Source of the DNA: an uncultured Gemmatimonadales bacterium
Lineage (GTDB): Bacteria > Gemmatimonadota > Gemmatimonadetes > Gemmatimonadales > GWC2-71-9
Length of the DNA stretch: 64,000 bases
NCBI GenBank assembly: GCA_963748815.1
Contig: CAVVKJ010000010.1
Coordinates: 672,001-736,000, forward strand
Direction: 5' to 3'
Shown: positions 9,017-19,963 of the stretch, one piece after another
Layout: each line of letters begins with the position of its first letter
Numbering within the stretch: the first letter of the stretch is position 1
Notes under the pieces: generated by a model
Told to the model about the DNA's origin: nothing
What the model saw: the letters and a program-made list of their open reading frames with translations, nothing else
The model's database searches: none
Translations under genes and position numbers: made by a program

Positions 9017-9811
9017 TCAGGGCCGGACACCCCCATGTCCAATGTTCCGGACCCGCTCAGCCACTTCGACGGGGGTCAATCCCGAGAGGGCGCTGAATTC
9101 CCGGATCAGGTGGGCCTGATCGGCAAAACCGAGCTCGGCCGCGACGGCGGACCAGCTCATCGGCGATTCCGACACCAGGTGCTGCAGCGCACTGCGGAGT
9201 CGGCGCACCCGGGCGAACTGCTTGGGGGAAAGTCCCACGGCGTCGCTGAACCGGCGCTGCAACTGCCGGGGACTGCGGTGGACCGCCGCGGCGAGTTCGC
9301 CAAGCGGCGCCTCGCCACGCGCCGCCACGATGGCCACCACGGCGACCCGAACCAGCGTGTCGATCGGCGGACACCGCCGCAGCATTTCGTCGAGCGCATC
9401 CCCCCACGCCAACCCAGAAGCCTCCGCGTCCCGACAGGTGCCTTGCGCGGACGCGAGCTCGAGCGCCACCGCGCCGAGCGTCCCGGCGGCCGGTTCGATG
9501 ACGTCCCTCAACCCACGTGCCGGTCGCCGGACCATCCGTGGCCCCATGTCGGGCCAGAAACGAACGCCCCAGAACTGATCCCCCGGCAGGACGGGAATCC
9601 AGAGGGGTGACAATCGTGGGCCTTGCAGCGTGAGCTGCGTCGACCCATCGGCGCGCCGGCTTGCGATCAGGCTGACGCATCCATCCGGGATCACCTGGTG
9701 GAGATGCCCGGGCGCCACGTCGTGGACCATGGCCCCCCAGTAGGAAGCCACATGTTGACTGAACCGCGGCTGCGGATCGAATTCGTGATAAACGATCGAC
9801 GGCGGGTGCAC
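9017..9811 (-). CDS. AraC-family transcriptional regulator (DUF6597-type N-terminus)
   Basis: IPDGCVSL, SPRQLQRRF..VGLSPKQF and GFADQAHLIREF. Confidence 0.9.
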   Translation of the reverse strand: MHPPSIVYHEFDPQPRFSQHVASYWGAMVHDVAPGHLHQVIPDGCVSLIASRRADGSTQLTLQGPRLSPLWIPVLPGDQFWGVRFWPDMGPRMVRRPARGLRDVIEPAAGTLGAVALELASAQGTCRDAEASGLAWGDALDEMLRRCPPIDTLVRVAVVAIVAARGEAPLGELAAAVHRSPRQLQRRFSDAVGLSPKQFARVRRLRSALQHLVSESPMSWSAVAAELGFADQAHLIREFSALSGLTPVEVAERVRNIGHGGVRP

Positions 9812-9836
9812 TAGGCGACCCCTCCCCGCAGCGAGA

Positions 9837-10670
9837 TCACTCCGCTGCTTCCCGCTGCTGCTGGTTGAGCCCGCGTTCGGCCTCGGCTCGCTCCCGGATC
9901 TCCTTGATCTGTTCCCGCTGATCTGCGGCCGCCGCCGCGCGCGGCAGCGCCAGCTGGTAGTCCTGCACCCGCATCCGGCCCTGGACGTCCAGCGCTTTGG
10001 ATTCGTTGCCACCGTTCGGAAATGGAATCAGCGCCAGCACGAGGCTGGGAATCCTGACGCCAGCGACGGTGATCCACTGGCCATCGAGTCCATACTCCCG
10101 CCCCCCGATGGTGGCCTTCCAGGACGGTGGCAGCACTCGCCCACCGCCGGGCAACGCCGCCAATGAATCGAGATAGTGGTTGAGGATCGCCTTGACCGCG
10201 CTGTCGGTGAGCTCGGCGTGGGTACGCGGCGCACCGGGCCCAGCCGGCGCGGATCGGTCCCACAACAATCCCGTGCCGAGCGAGCGCCAAGGGAACAGGG
10301 AGCGCGGGTCCGTCACCGCCCAGGCCGGGGCGGAGTCATTCGGCGCGCCACCCACCGGCGTTGGAGCGACGAAGAAACGATCATCGACGGCGGGAGTCGG
10401 TACCGGGATGGGTGTGGGGCGATCGCGCGGGAGCGAAGGAACGGTGGCGGGCGGAGGCAGGAGGGCCACGAGCACTTCGCGGGGCGGCACTTCCTGCCGC
10501 TGGGTAAGCGACCGCAGGAGGTGCCGCTCCGCAAACCGGGCGGCGGGGTTGAACAAGGAGATCAGAACCACGATCGCCGCCAGGTGCAGGGCGACGCTCG
10601 TGGCGAGCGCCCACGGGGGCCACCGTGGCGGCCGTGGGAGCTGGAGTTCAGGCGGTGTGCCGGCCCCCAT
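9837..10670 (-). CDS. Hypothetical membrane-anchored Pro-rich protein
   Basis: N-terminal TM segment (SVALHLAAIVVLI), Pro-rich linker, coiled C-terminus. Confidence 0.65.
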   Translation of the reverse strand: MGAGTPPELQLPRPPRWPPWALATSVALHLAAIVVLISLFNPAARFAERHLLRSLTQRQEVPPREVLVALLPPPATVPSLPRDRPTPIPVPTPAVDDRFFVAPTPVGGAPNDSAPAWAVTDPRSLFPWRSLGTGLLWDRSAPAGPGAPRTHAELTDSAVKAILNHYLDSLAALPGGGRVLPPSWKATIGGREYGLDGQWITVAGVRIPSLVLALIPFPNGGNESKALDVQGRMRVQDYQLALPRAAAAADQREQIKEIRERAEAERGLNQQQREAAE

Positions 10671-11840
10671 CTTCCTGCACCCCGGCCAGCGCCCGGGTCA
10701 GGCGACCGACCGCCTCCGTGAGTCGTGCCGGCGGGACCACAAGGGCGATCCGGAAATACCCTTCCCCTGCCGGACCGAAGGCGCTCCCGGGCAGCACCAT
10801 GACCCCCTCGACTTCGAGCGCGTGCCGGGCAAAGGCCTTCGAGCTGATTCCCCCCGGCAAGGCCACCCAGAGGTACATCGCCGCCTTGGGCACGGCCACG
10901 CGGAACCCCGCCGCGCGCAAGGCCGGCACCGCGGCATCTCGGCGGCGCGCGATCTCCTCGCAGATCGGCGGAATCAGCGCTTCCGCCTGGTCGAGGACCG
11001 CCGCCCCCGCCTCCTGCACGGCCAGGAACGGCCCCGTGTCCTTGTAGGTCTTGGCGCTCGTGAGCGGCGCGATGAGGTTCGATTCCCCGACCGCGAACCC
11101 GATCCGCCACCCGGTCATCGAGAAACTCTTCGAAAGCGAGAAGAACTCGACCGCCACTTCGTGCGCGCCGCGGATCTCGAAGATGCTCGGCGCCCGGTAT
11201 CCGTCGAAGACGATGTCGCAGTACGCGTTGTCGTACGCCAGGACGATCTGATGCTTCCGGCAGAGCGCTACCACCCGCTCGAGATACTCGAGCGGGGCGA
11301 CGGCCGCCGTCGGATTGTTGGGGTAGTTGAGGAAGAGCAGCCGGGTGCGGCGCAGGACCTCCTCGGGCACGCTCTCGAGATCGAGCAGGAAATCGTTTTC
11401 CTCGCGGAGCGGGACGACATGCGCCTCCGCCCCGGAAAGGACCGTCCCGCCGAGGTAGGCCTGGTAGCCCGGCTCCGGCATGACGGCGACGTCGCCCACG
11501 TTCAGGAACGCGAAGGGCATGTGCGCCAGCCCCTCCTTCGACCCGATCAGCGGCAGCAACTCGGTGGACGGGTCGAAGCGCTTCCCGAACCGCCGGTGCA
11601 CGTAGTCGCTGGCCGCCCGGCGGAACTCCGGATGTCCCTGCTGGAATCCGTACTTGCTGTTGGCCGGGTTGTCGATGGCGCGCTTGAGGGCGTCCACCGC
11701 CACCTGCGGCGGCGGCGTGTCGTTGTCGCCCGCGGCGACATCGATGATGTCCTTGCCGGCGGCCATCAGCCGCCGCTTGATCCCCGGCAGCTCGGCCAGG
11801 GGATACCCCGGCAGGGCGAGCAGCCGGGCGCTTGGTGTGA

Positions 11841-11844
<4 letters not shown>
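10648..11844 (-). CDS. Class I/II PLP aminotransferase (LL-diaminopimelate aminotransferase-like)
   Basis: LIGSKEG, NYPNNPT, YDNAY and SLSKSFSMTGWRIG. Confidence 0.88.
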
Positions 11845-12463
<619 letters not shown>

Positions 12464-12467
<4 letters not shown>

Positions 12468-14977
12468 TCCAGTACCCCCAGCCCGTGACGGGCAAAGAAA
12501 TCCTCGCACTTGGTGCGCACCTGCGCCCACGACCCGATGACCCGCTCCGCCCGCGGGAGCCCCGCCAGCACCAGGGGGCCGTACCGCTTCGTCACCACCC
12601 GGCGGTCGAGCAACACCACCACGCCGACGTCAGTGGTGGAGCGGATCAGCCGCCCGAACCCCTGCTTGAGCTTGAGCGCCGCGTGCGGGAGGAGATAGCC
12701 CATGAAGCCGTCCTCCCCCGCCTCCGCCAGCCGCTCGAGACGCGCCGCGGTGATCGGCTCCGACGGCACCTTGAACGGCAACTTGCACAGCACTAATCCT
12801 CGCAGCGCACGCCCCGGCACGTCCACCCCCTCCCAGAAGGAGTCGGTGCCGAGGAGGATCGCGTTCCCCGCGTCGCGGAACCGGCGGAGCAGCGTGTCCC
12901 GGCTGCTCTCCCCCTGTACCAGCAGCGGCCACCGGGGGTCGAGCATCGTCCGCAGCTGCTGCGCCGCCCGCCGCAGGGCGGCGTGGCTCGTGAACAGGAC
13001 GAACAACCCCCCGTCGGCGGCGTGCGCCAGGTCGGTCACCGCCTGCGCGAGGGCGGCGTCGTGCGCCGCCTCGTCCTCCCGCGGGTCGGGGAAATCGTCG
13101 GGGATGCCGAAGAGGCATTGCGAGGGGTAGTCGAAGGGAGACGAGAACACTTCGCGGGTGGTCACCGGGCTCGGCGAGACCGCGAGCCCCAGCCGCCGCT
13201 CGAGGAACTCGAACTCGCCACCCGCCGCCAGCGTCGCGCTGGTGAGGACGACCGTCTTCAACCGCTCGAACAGCAGCTCCCGGAGCACCGGCGCGAGATC
13301 GAGCGGCACCGCCGAAAGCTGGGTGTGCTGCCGCTTGGCGCCGGAACGTTCGATCCAGCGGACGGTGGCGGCGCCACCGGCCGCGGGGCGGAGCGTCCGG
13401 TTGAGGCCGTCGGACACGTTGTTCAGGCGGCGGACGACCGCGCGCATTTCCTGCAGCAGCTGGTCGCCCCGTTCGGTCGACTCCACCTGGGCCAGGCGGT
13501 CCTCCACCGTTTCCACCTGGTTCTTGATCTGGTCGAAGCTCGACAGGAGCGCGTCCAGCTCCATCCGGAGCCCCTCCTCCCAGACCTCGTCCTTCTCAAA
13601 CTCGTCGGTGAGACGGCGCTGGCCGCCACCCGCCGCCTCCGCCATCCCGTGCAGGCGAAGGAAGAGCTGCTCCGCGGCGCGGCGCGCGTCGCCGATGGCC
13701 GGCATCAGCCGCTCGCGCACCAGGTCGAGGCTGGCCCGGCTCAGCAGGTCGCCGCGCCCCGAGAGCTCCATGACCAGCGACGGCACCAATCCCTTGCGGT
13801 TCCGCTCGAACCGGCCGAGCAGGCGCTGGACGCCGCGGCTCGTGACCTGCGTCCCGAGGTGGGACGCCGCGACATCTTCGAGGTGGTGGGCCTCGTCGAG
13901 GATGAGCCGCTGGTAGGGCGGGAGCACCGCCGCCTCTTCCCAGTTGTCCGACGCCTGCCGGACGGCAAGGTCGGCGGCCAGGAGGTGGTGATTCACCACC
14001 ACCACGTCGGCCTCGGCCGCGCGCCGCCGCGCCTTGAAGAGGAAGCACTGGTCGAAGAAGCCGCACTTCACACGGGTGCACAGATCGGCCTCGGCCGAGA
14101 TCTCGTCCCACACTTCGCTGGTCGGCTGCACCGGCAGGTCGCTCAGCGTCCCGTCCGCGGTGCGCGACGCCCATTCCGCGAGGCTCACCAGCTCGTCCTG
14201 CTTGTCCGGCTCGAGCAGGCTCTGCTGCGCCCCCGTGGCGTGCTGCAGCCGGGAGAGGCACAGATAGTTCCGCCAGCCCTTCAGCAGCGCAAACTTCGGC
14301 GCCCAGCCCTCCTCCGCCAGCGCTTCCCGGAGCATCGGCAGGTCCTTGCCGACCAGCTGCTCCTGGAGGTTGATCGTGTTGGTGCTGATGACCGTGCGCT
14401 CGTTGTTGGCCCGCGACCAGGCCAGCGCCGGCACCAGGTAGGCGAACGACTTCCCGACCCCGGTGCCCGCCTCCAGGACGAGGACGCCGCCGTCGTTGTA
14501 GCCGTCGGCAATGAAGGCCGCCATGTCGCGCTGGCTCTGCCGATCCTCGTACTGGCCCAGCACCCGGGCGACGGGCCCGTGCTCACCCAGCGTTTCCACC
14601 ACGGCGTAGGGATCGAGCCGCTGGAGCTTCTGTGCGTGCGGGACTTCGACGACGACGTACAGCCGCTCGCCGGCGTTATCGATGATGCCGAAGCCCACCC
14701 CCTCATCGTGCAGCCGGGCTGCCACGGCCAGGTCGGGCTCGGAGGGCTCGAGGTTGCCGCTGGGATGGTTGTGGAGCAGCATCTGGCCGCGGCGGGCGGC
14801 CCCGGGGAGGGCGAGCACCATCTGGACCGTACCGCGGGCGACCGCGCGCGCCGCGGTGACTACCCCCTCCTCGTCCACGTCGGCGACGAACGACACCTCG
14901 CGACCGCCGGCCGCGCGAATCTCGCCGGCCAGCAGGGTGCGCACGGCCACGGCGATGCGAACCACGGAAACGGTCAC
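12464..14977 (-). CDS. dinG: DinG/YoaA-family Fe-S helicase with an N-terminal JAB (RadC-like) domain
   Basis: HNHPSGNLEPSEPD; EAGTGVGKS; DEAHH; four Cys (YLC, DLC..KC...QC); SFWEGVD; QGFGRLIR. Confidence 0.88.
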
Positions 14978-16944
14978 GGGGCCGGCGCGGGATCGATAAG
15001 AATGAAGGGTGCGTCGTCCTCGCCCATGGCGCGGAACCAGGCGATCAGCGCGTCGATGCTGTCAGGCGGGAAGATGCCCCGCGTGCCGATCATCCGGCGG
15101 GTGATTTCCAGCGTCCCGTCGACAAAAGCGTAGGTGCCCCAATACTCGCCAAACACGCTGGCCGCGTGCACCGAAGGCGGCAATTGGGGGCGCCATCCGG
15201 CCGGCAGGACGATGCGCACCTTGACGACGTCCTCCTCGGGGCCGAAGACGCGGGCGGCGTCGATCGGGAAGCGGCGCACCGGCAGCTGCTCCAGCGCATC
15301 CGCCGCGTCGGTGAACGCCGCCACGGTTCCCACGGGGTTCTCGAGGATCCAGTTGCTGCCGGAACGGCGCAGCGCCTTGCCGTCCTGCACGGAGAGCGAG
15401 ACCCGCACCGGCGCGGCCAGGTCCAGCCCCTGGAACGTCTCCAGGCTGTCTCCCCGGGCGCCGGTAAACCACCCCTGCGCGATCTTGCGCGCGAAGTTGG
15501 CCCGGCCGGCCGAATCCATGGGTGACTCGAACAATTCCCGCAGCTCCCACTCCCGCGACCCGGTCATCTCCTCGCTGTACGCCCCGTTGAACTTGCCGGC
15601 CGGATCGAGCCGGCCGGACAACTGGATGAGCGACAGGCGCTCGGCGGGCGTCTCCTCCGGAAAGGTGAGTTCCTCCACCGCGCCCGCGGCGGGCACCCCG
15701 AGGCCGAACTCCCCCTGCAGCTGCGGCGGCAGGACGCCGAGCGGCAGCAGCGCCACCGTCAGGTCGGCGTAGACCCGGCCCTCGGGAAGCGTGACGTACG
15801 CGATGGCATGGTCGAACTGGTCCATCGAAGGGAGGCCCCGTTGGACGCCCCCGTCGCTGCTGGTGAGGACGGTGACGGCGTTGAATCCCAGCGACCGGAG
15901 CGCGGCCACGAACAGCGTCGCCTTGTCCTTGCAGTCGCCGAAGCCGCTGGCCACCACCTCGGCGGGCGGGCGGGGCTGGTAGCCGCTGATGCCGAGGGAA
16001 ATCGACACGTACCGAATATCCTGCGCCACCCAGCGCTGAATCGCCGCCGCCGTGTCGCGCGCCGTGGTGGCGTCCGTCACCAGCGACCGGACCTGGCGCA
16101 CCAGCTCGGGCGAGAGGGCGTACCGGTCCTCCGCCAGTGTTCCGTACCACCGGCCGATGTCACCCCAGGTCAGCGGCGACGAGGCCGCCACCCACATGTA
16201 GATGTCGTTCGAATCGGCCGCGTAGGCCTCGGGCTTGATGCGCGGGAGATCTTCCGTGGCCCAGGTCATCACCTGGCGGCCGTTGGACCGCTCCGTCAGG
16301 CGCGGAAAGTTGAGGTTCCGTTCCTCGATCCGGAGCCGTTCCCCCTCCGGCGCGTCGATGATGAGCCGGGACCGCTTCACCATGAGTCCGGTGCTGACCC
16401 CCCACCACTGGTAGAAGTCACCCGGCACCCACGCCTTCGTCTTGACGGTCGTGTAGCTGTAGTCCACGATGGTGCCCACCGCCACGCCGCTCATCGAGAC
16501 GCGCACCACCTTGCGATTGGCGTACACCGGGGCGCCCATCGCCGCGGGGACGTCGCTCTCCTGCTGCTGCGCGGGGCCGGCGCTGAGGACGGTGCCGTCG
16601 GGCTGGACCACGCGAATCCAGTTGAGGGTGAACTCCTCGTTGTCCGGCGACCAGGAGAAGGAATGCTCCGCGAGCCCCTCGACCGCGGCCTGCTTCAGGA
16701 CCTGGACCACCTGTCGAAAGGTCCGCCGCTCGCGACCGTCGGCCTCGACGACGATGACACCGTCGTCGAGCAGGAAGGCGGCGGACTCCTCGGGAAAGTC
16801 GGCGGGATCGACGGCGAGCCGGTAAATCGAGTCGGAACGCACCGAGGGATCGCCGGCGGGGGTGATGCGGGGCGCCTGCGCCGACGCGCCTCCCGGCAGG
16901 AGCAGGATTCCGACGACGATCCAGCGGAGTCGCTTCAGGCTCAC
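14974..16944 (-). CDS. Secreted DUF3857 plus transglutaminase-like domain protein
   Basis: Signal peptide; IRYVSI, GDCKDKA, FDHAI and YADLT (Cys-His-Asp triad). Confidence 0.88.
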   Translation of the reverse strand: MSLKRLRWIVVGILLLPGGASAQAPRITPAGDPSVRSDSIYRLAVDPADFPEESAAFLLDDGVIVVEADGRERRTFRQVVQVLKQAAVEGLAEHSFSWSPDNEEFTLNWIRVVQPDGTVLSAGPAQQQESDVPAAMGAPVYANRKVVRVSMSGVAVGTIVDYSYTTVKTKAWVPGDFYQWWGVSTGLMVKRSRLIIDAPEGERLRIEERNLNFPRLTERSNGRQVMTWATEDLPRIKPEAYAADSNDIYMWVAASSPLTWGDIGRWYGTLAEDRYALSPELVRQVRSLVTDATTARDTAAAIQRWVAQDIRYVSISLGISGYQPRPPAEVVASGFGDCKDKATLFVAALRSLGFNAVTVLTSSDGGVQRGLPSMDQFDHAIAYVTLPEGRVYADLTVALLPLGVLPPQLQGEFGLGVPAAGAVEELTFPEETPAERLSLIQLSGRLDPAGKFNGAYSEEMTGSREWELRELFESPMDSAGRANFARKIAQGWFTGARGDSLETFQGLDLAAPVRVSLSVQDGKALRRSGSNWILENPVGTVAAFTDAADALEQLPVRRFPIDAARVFGPEEDVVKVRIVLPAGWRPQLPPSVHAASVFGEYWGTYAFVDGTLEITRRMIGTRGIFPPDSIDALIAWFRAMGEDDAPFILIDPAPAP

Positions 16945-18239
16945 GTCTTCAGTTCCTTCTTCTTGGCCGCGGGGAAGAGCACGTTGTTCAGGATCAGGCG
17001 GTACCCGGGTGAATGCGGATGCATCGACAAGTCGGTCGGGGCGTCACCGATCTGGTGCTGGGGGTCTTCCGGGTCGTGCCCCCCGTAAAAGGTCCAGGTG
17101 CCCTGCCCGTGCTCCCCATGAAGATACTTGGCCCACGGCGCTCCCGGCTCGTCGGCCAGGACGGTGACCCCCGGCTTGATCCGGCTCTTCCGGAACGAGG
17201 TCGTGAGTCCGTAGAAATCGGGGATCGACTCCCGGTGATTCTGGACGAGCATCGTCGCCACCGGGTCGATCTTCGCGCTGAAGCCGAACGACCGGAAGCT
17301 CCCCAATTCCTGCCGCCGGCTGAGCGCGTTGACCTCGTGGCCGTCGATGTCGGAGAACTGCGACACGGTCGGGCTCAACTCGAGGCGCGCGTCCTGGAAG
17401 GCGAGGGCGCGGCTCCAGTCCATCTTGGCGGTGGCGTTGGGGTCCATCGGCGTCTGGTCGGCGTACGCCGCCGCGATGTCCACCCCCGCGCCGGCCAGCG
17501 CAAGGTCGAGCGTCTCGGTCGCGGCGCACATCGCGAAGAGGAACCCCCCCTGCTGGACGTAGGCCGCGATCGCTTCCGCGACAGCGCGCTTCTCCGCCGG
17601 GACGTTGGGAAAGCCGAACGCCCGCGCCATCGCGGTGTTGCGCTCGACCATCTCGGTCAGCCAGGGCGCGCCCGCGTACGTGAGGTAGAACTTGGAGTAC
17701 TGCCCCGTGAAGTCCTCGTGGTGCAGGTGAAGCCAGTCATACCGCGCGAGCCCCGTCCCGCCTGGCGCCAGGACCTCGGGATCCCAGACCTTGTCGAAGT
17801 TGATGCCGGCATACCGCAGCACCATGGTGACCGCGTCGTCCCACGGCGCGGCATTGGGCGGGGCGTACACGGCGACCTTGGGCGCCTTTTCCAGCGGCAC
17901 CGCCTCCATGTTGCCCAGCTGGAGCTCGGCGCGGATGCCGAGGAGGGCACTCTCATCCAGCGGTTCGGTGGTCACTCCGGCCAGCGCGGCATCGCGCGCC
18001 GTGACGGGATCGGACGGGACCAGGAAGGCGCCGCTCCGATAGTTGAGGAACCATTCCGCCCGACCACCTCGCTCGAGGAGCCGGAAGACGACCCCGTACG
18101 CCTTGAGATGGTCGCTCTGGGTGTCGTCCATCGGAATGAGCAGCCAGGGCGCGCGCCACACCGACCGCGGCGGCCACGCGAAGAAGGGGGCCGCCGCGAG
18201 GACGCCACCGGCGCTCCGGAGAAACTCCCGGCGTCGCAT
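16941..18239 (-). CDS. Conserved Tat-exported protein of the family often labelled 'asparagine synthetase B' in FCB-group genomes
   Basis: MRRREFL twin-Arg signal; LIPMD..Q.DHLKAYG, WDDAVT, DWLHLHHEDFTGQYSKFY, AMCAATET and GGHDPED. Confidence 0.8.
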   Translation of the reverse strand: MRRREFLRSAGGVLAAAPFFAWPPRSVWRAPWLLIPMDDTQSDHLKAYGVVFRLLERGGRAEWFLNYRSGAFLVPSDPVTARDAALAGVTTEPLDESALLGIRAELQLGNMEAVPLEKAPKVAVYAPPNAAPWDDAVTMVLRYAGINFDKVWDPEVLAPGGTGLARYDWLHLHHEDFTGQYSKFYLTYAGAPWLTEMVERNTAMARAFGFPNVPAEKRAVAEAIAAYVQQGGFLFAMCAATETLDLALAGAGVDIAAAYADQTPMDPNATAKMDWSRALAFQDARLELSPTVSQFSDIDGHEVNALSRRQELGSFRSFGFSAKIDPVATMLVQNHRESIPDFYGLTTSFRKSRIKPGVTVLADEPGAPWAKYLHGEHGQGTWTFYGGHDPEDPQHQIGDAPTDLSMHPHSPGYRLILNNVLFPAAKKKELKT

Positions 18240-19963
18240 CAGCTCTCCGGAATCCCGCCGCGCGCGGCGTCGAGCACCCGCCGGGCCTGCGGCACGGCGG
18301 CGCTCCCGGGGTACGCGAGGATCAGGTGCTCGAGGTGGTCCACCGCCTCGGCGGCTCGATTGAGCGAGAGGAGCAGGCGCGCGAGCGCCAGTTCCGCGGC
18401 AGGCGCGGTGGCAGGCGCCGAGGAGTCGGCCGCCGAGCGGAGTAGTCGTTCCCCCTCGACGGGGCGTCCACGCGCCACTTCGACCTGCCCGGCCAGGAGG
18501 CGAAGTTCCGCCCCGCCTGCGGCGGGGGCGAGCCCCTCCGCCACCGCGAGCAGGCCGGTGACCGCCGCGGCCGAATCGCCGCGCGCCAGCGCCAGGAGCG
18601 ACGCGCCGAGCGGCGGCAGGGAATCTTCCTCGATCGGCTGGATGAGCGCGAGCATCGCCGTGCGGGCGGTCGCCTCCTCGCGCGTCCCGGCAAACGGCCC
18701 GGCGGCACGGAGCGCGGTCGACGCCCCCGCGAGGTCGCCACGATAGAGGCGGATCCGCCCGAGCACGGCCATCGCCTCCACCGTGCTGTCGGATGCCAGG
18801 ACCGCCGCCGCACGGTCCAGGTTTCCCTGTTGAATCCACCCCTCGGCCACCTGCAGCGTGAGTCGGTCGGCGTTCTCCTGCCCAAGGTGGGTCCGCAGTT
18901 CGTCGAGCTGGCGCTGGGCCTCCGCCACCTGCCCCTCGCGCAGGAGCACCGTCACCAGCGTCGCCGTTGCCCCGGCCGCCATGTCCGGCGGCGTGCTCCC
19001 GTCCGCCGCCAGCGCCACGAGCATCCGCCGCGCAGACGCGGCGTTGCCCGCGTCGGCATAGGCGCGGGCCGCCTCGAGCCGCATCCGCGACGCGGCGCTG
19101 CCACTGCTCCGGTCGGCGATCTGTTCGAGCGCCTCGCCCCGCACCTCGGCGGCTTCCGTCCCCTCGACGGTGCGCGCCGCATCGAGGAACTGCCGCAGGG
19201 CCTCGACCGTCTCGGTCTTCGCCTCTGGCAGGCTGCTCATCAGGAGCGCATAGGCGGCTGCGGGAGCACCCCACTGGACCTCGAGCTCCGCGCCGAGGCG
19301 GCGCGCGGCCGGGGTGCCGCGAGAGAGCTGGCGGACGATCCTGTCCCGATCGGCGACTGGCGCGCGCGCCAGCGCGTTCCGCGCCGTCAGTCGATATCCG
19401 GGATACCGGTCCATCGCGAGCGCCCACTCCCGGGCCGCTTCGTCCCAGTTGTTCTGGGCGGCGGCGAGCAAGGCCATTTCCCCGGCAAGCGCAGCTGGAT
19501 CGCCCAGCCGCTCCCGTCCCGTGAGGTAGGCGCGGCGGGCGCCACTCCCGTCCCGCTGGCCGAGGAGAGTGTTGCCCCAGTCGCGATAGGGGGCCTCGCT
19601 CCCCGGCTCGACCACGGCCCAGCGCCTGGCGACCGCGCCCACGCTGTCGGGCCGGTTGGCAGCGGCCCAGCCTCGCATGGCGACGGAGTATCCAGCGATG
19701 ATGGACGGGTTGCGGGTCAGCAACGCCTCGGCAGGCAGCGCCAGTTCAGCGTCGCGCCGCAACGGCCCCAGCGACCGCTCGAGTCCCAGCAGCGCCGAGA
19801 GGTTGTCCGGATACTCGCGAAGGACGCGCAGGTAGGCGTCTGCCGCGCCGGAGAAATCGCTCCGACGCTCCAGTTCATAGGCGCGCGTCATCAACTCGGT
19901 CTGTCCGGCGAGCTGGCCAGACATTCCGAGGAGCAGCAGCAGCGGCAGGAGCGCGCGCCTCAT
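18239..19963 (-). CDS. Secreted TPR-repeat protein
   Basis: Signal peptide and Ala/Leu helical repeats; C-terminal LEHLILAYPGS. Confidence 0.8.
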   Translation of the reverse strand: MRRALLPLLLLLGMSGQLAGQTELMTRAYELERRSDFSGAADAYLRVLREYPDNLSALLGLERSLGPLRRDAELALPAEALLTRNPSIIAGYSVAMRGWAAANRPDSVGAVARRWAVVEPGSEAPYRDWGNTLLGQRDGSGARRAYLTGRERLGDPAALAGEMALLAAAQNNWDEAAREWALAMDRYPGYRLTARNALARAPVADRDRIVRQLSRGTPAARRLGAELEVQWGAPAAAYALLMSSLPEAKTETVEALRQFLDAARTVEGTEAAEVRGEALEQIADRSSGSAASRMRLEAARAYADAGNAASARRMLVALAADGSTPPDMAAGATATLVTVLLREGQVAEAQRQLDELRTHLGQENADRLTLQVAEGWIQQGNLDRAAAVLASDSTVEAMAVLGRIRLYRGDLAGASTALRAAGPFAGTREEATARTAMLALIQPIEEDSLPPLGASLLALARGDSAAAVTGLLAVAEGLAPAAGGAELRLLAGQVEVARGRPVEGERLLRSAADSSAPATAPAAELALARLLLSLNRAAEAVDHLEHLILAYPGSAAVPQARRVLDAARGGIPES

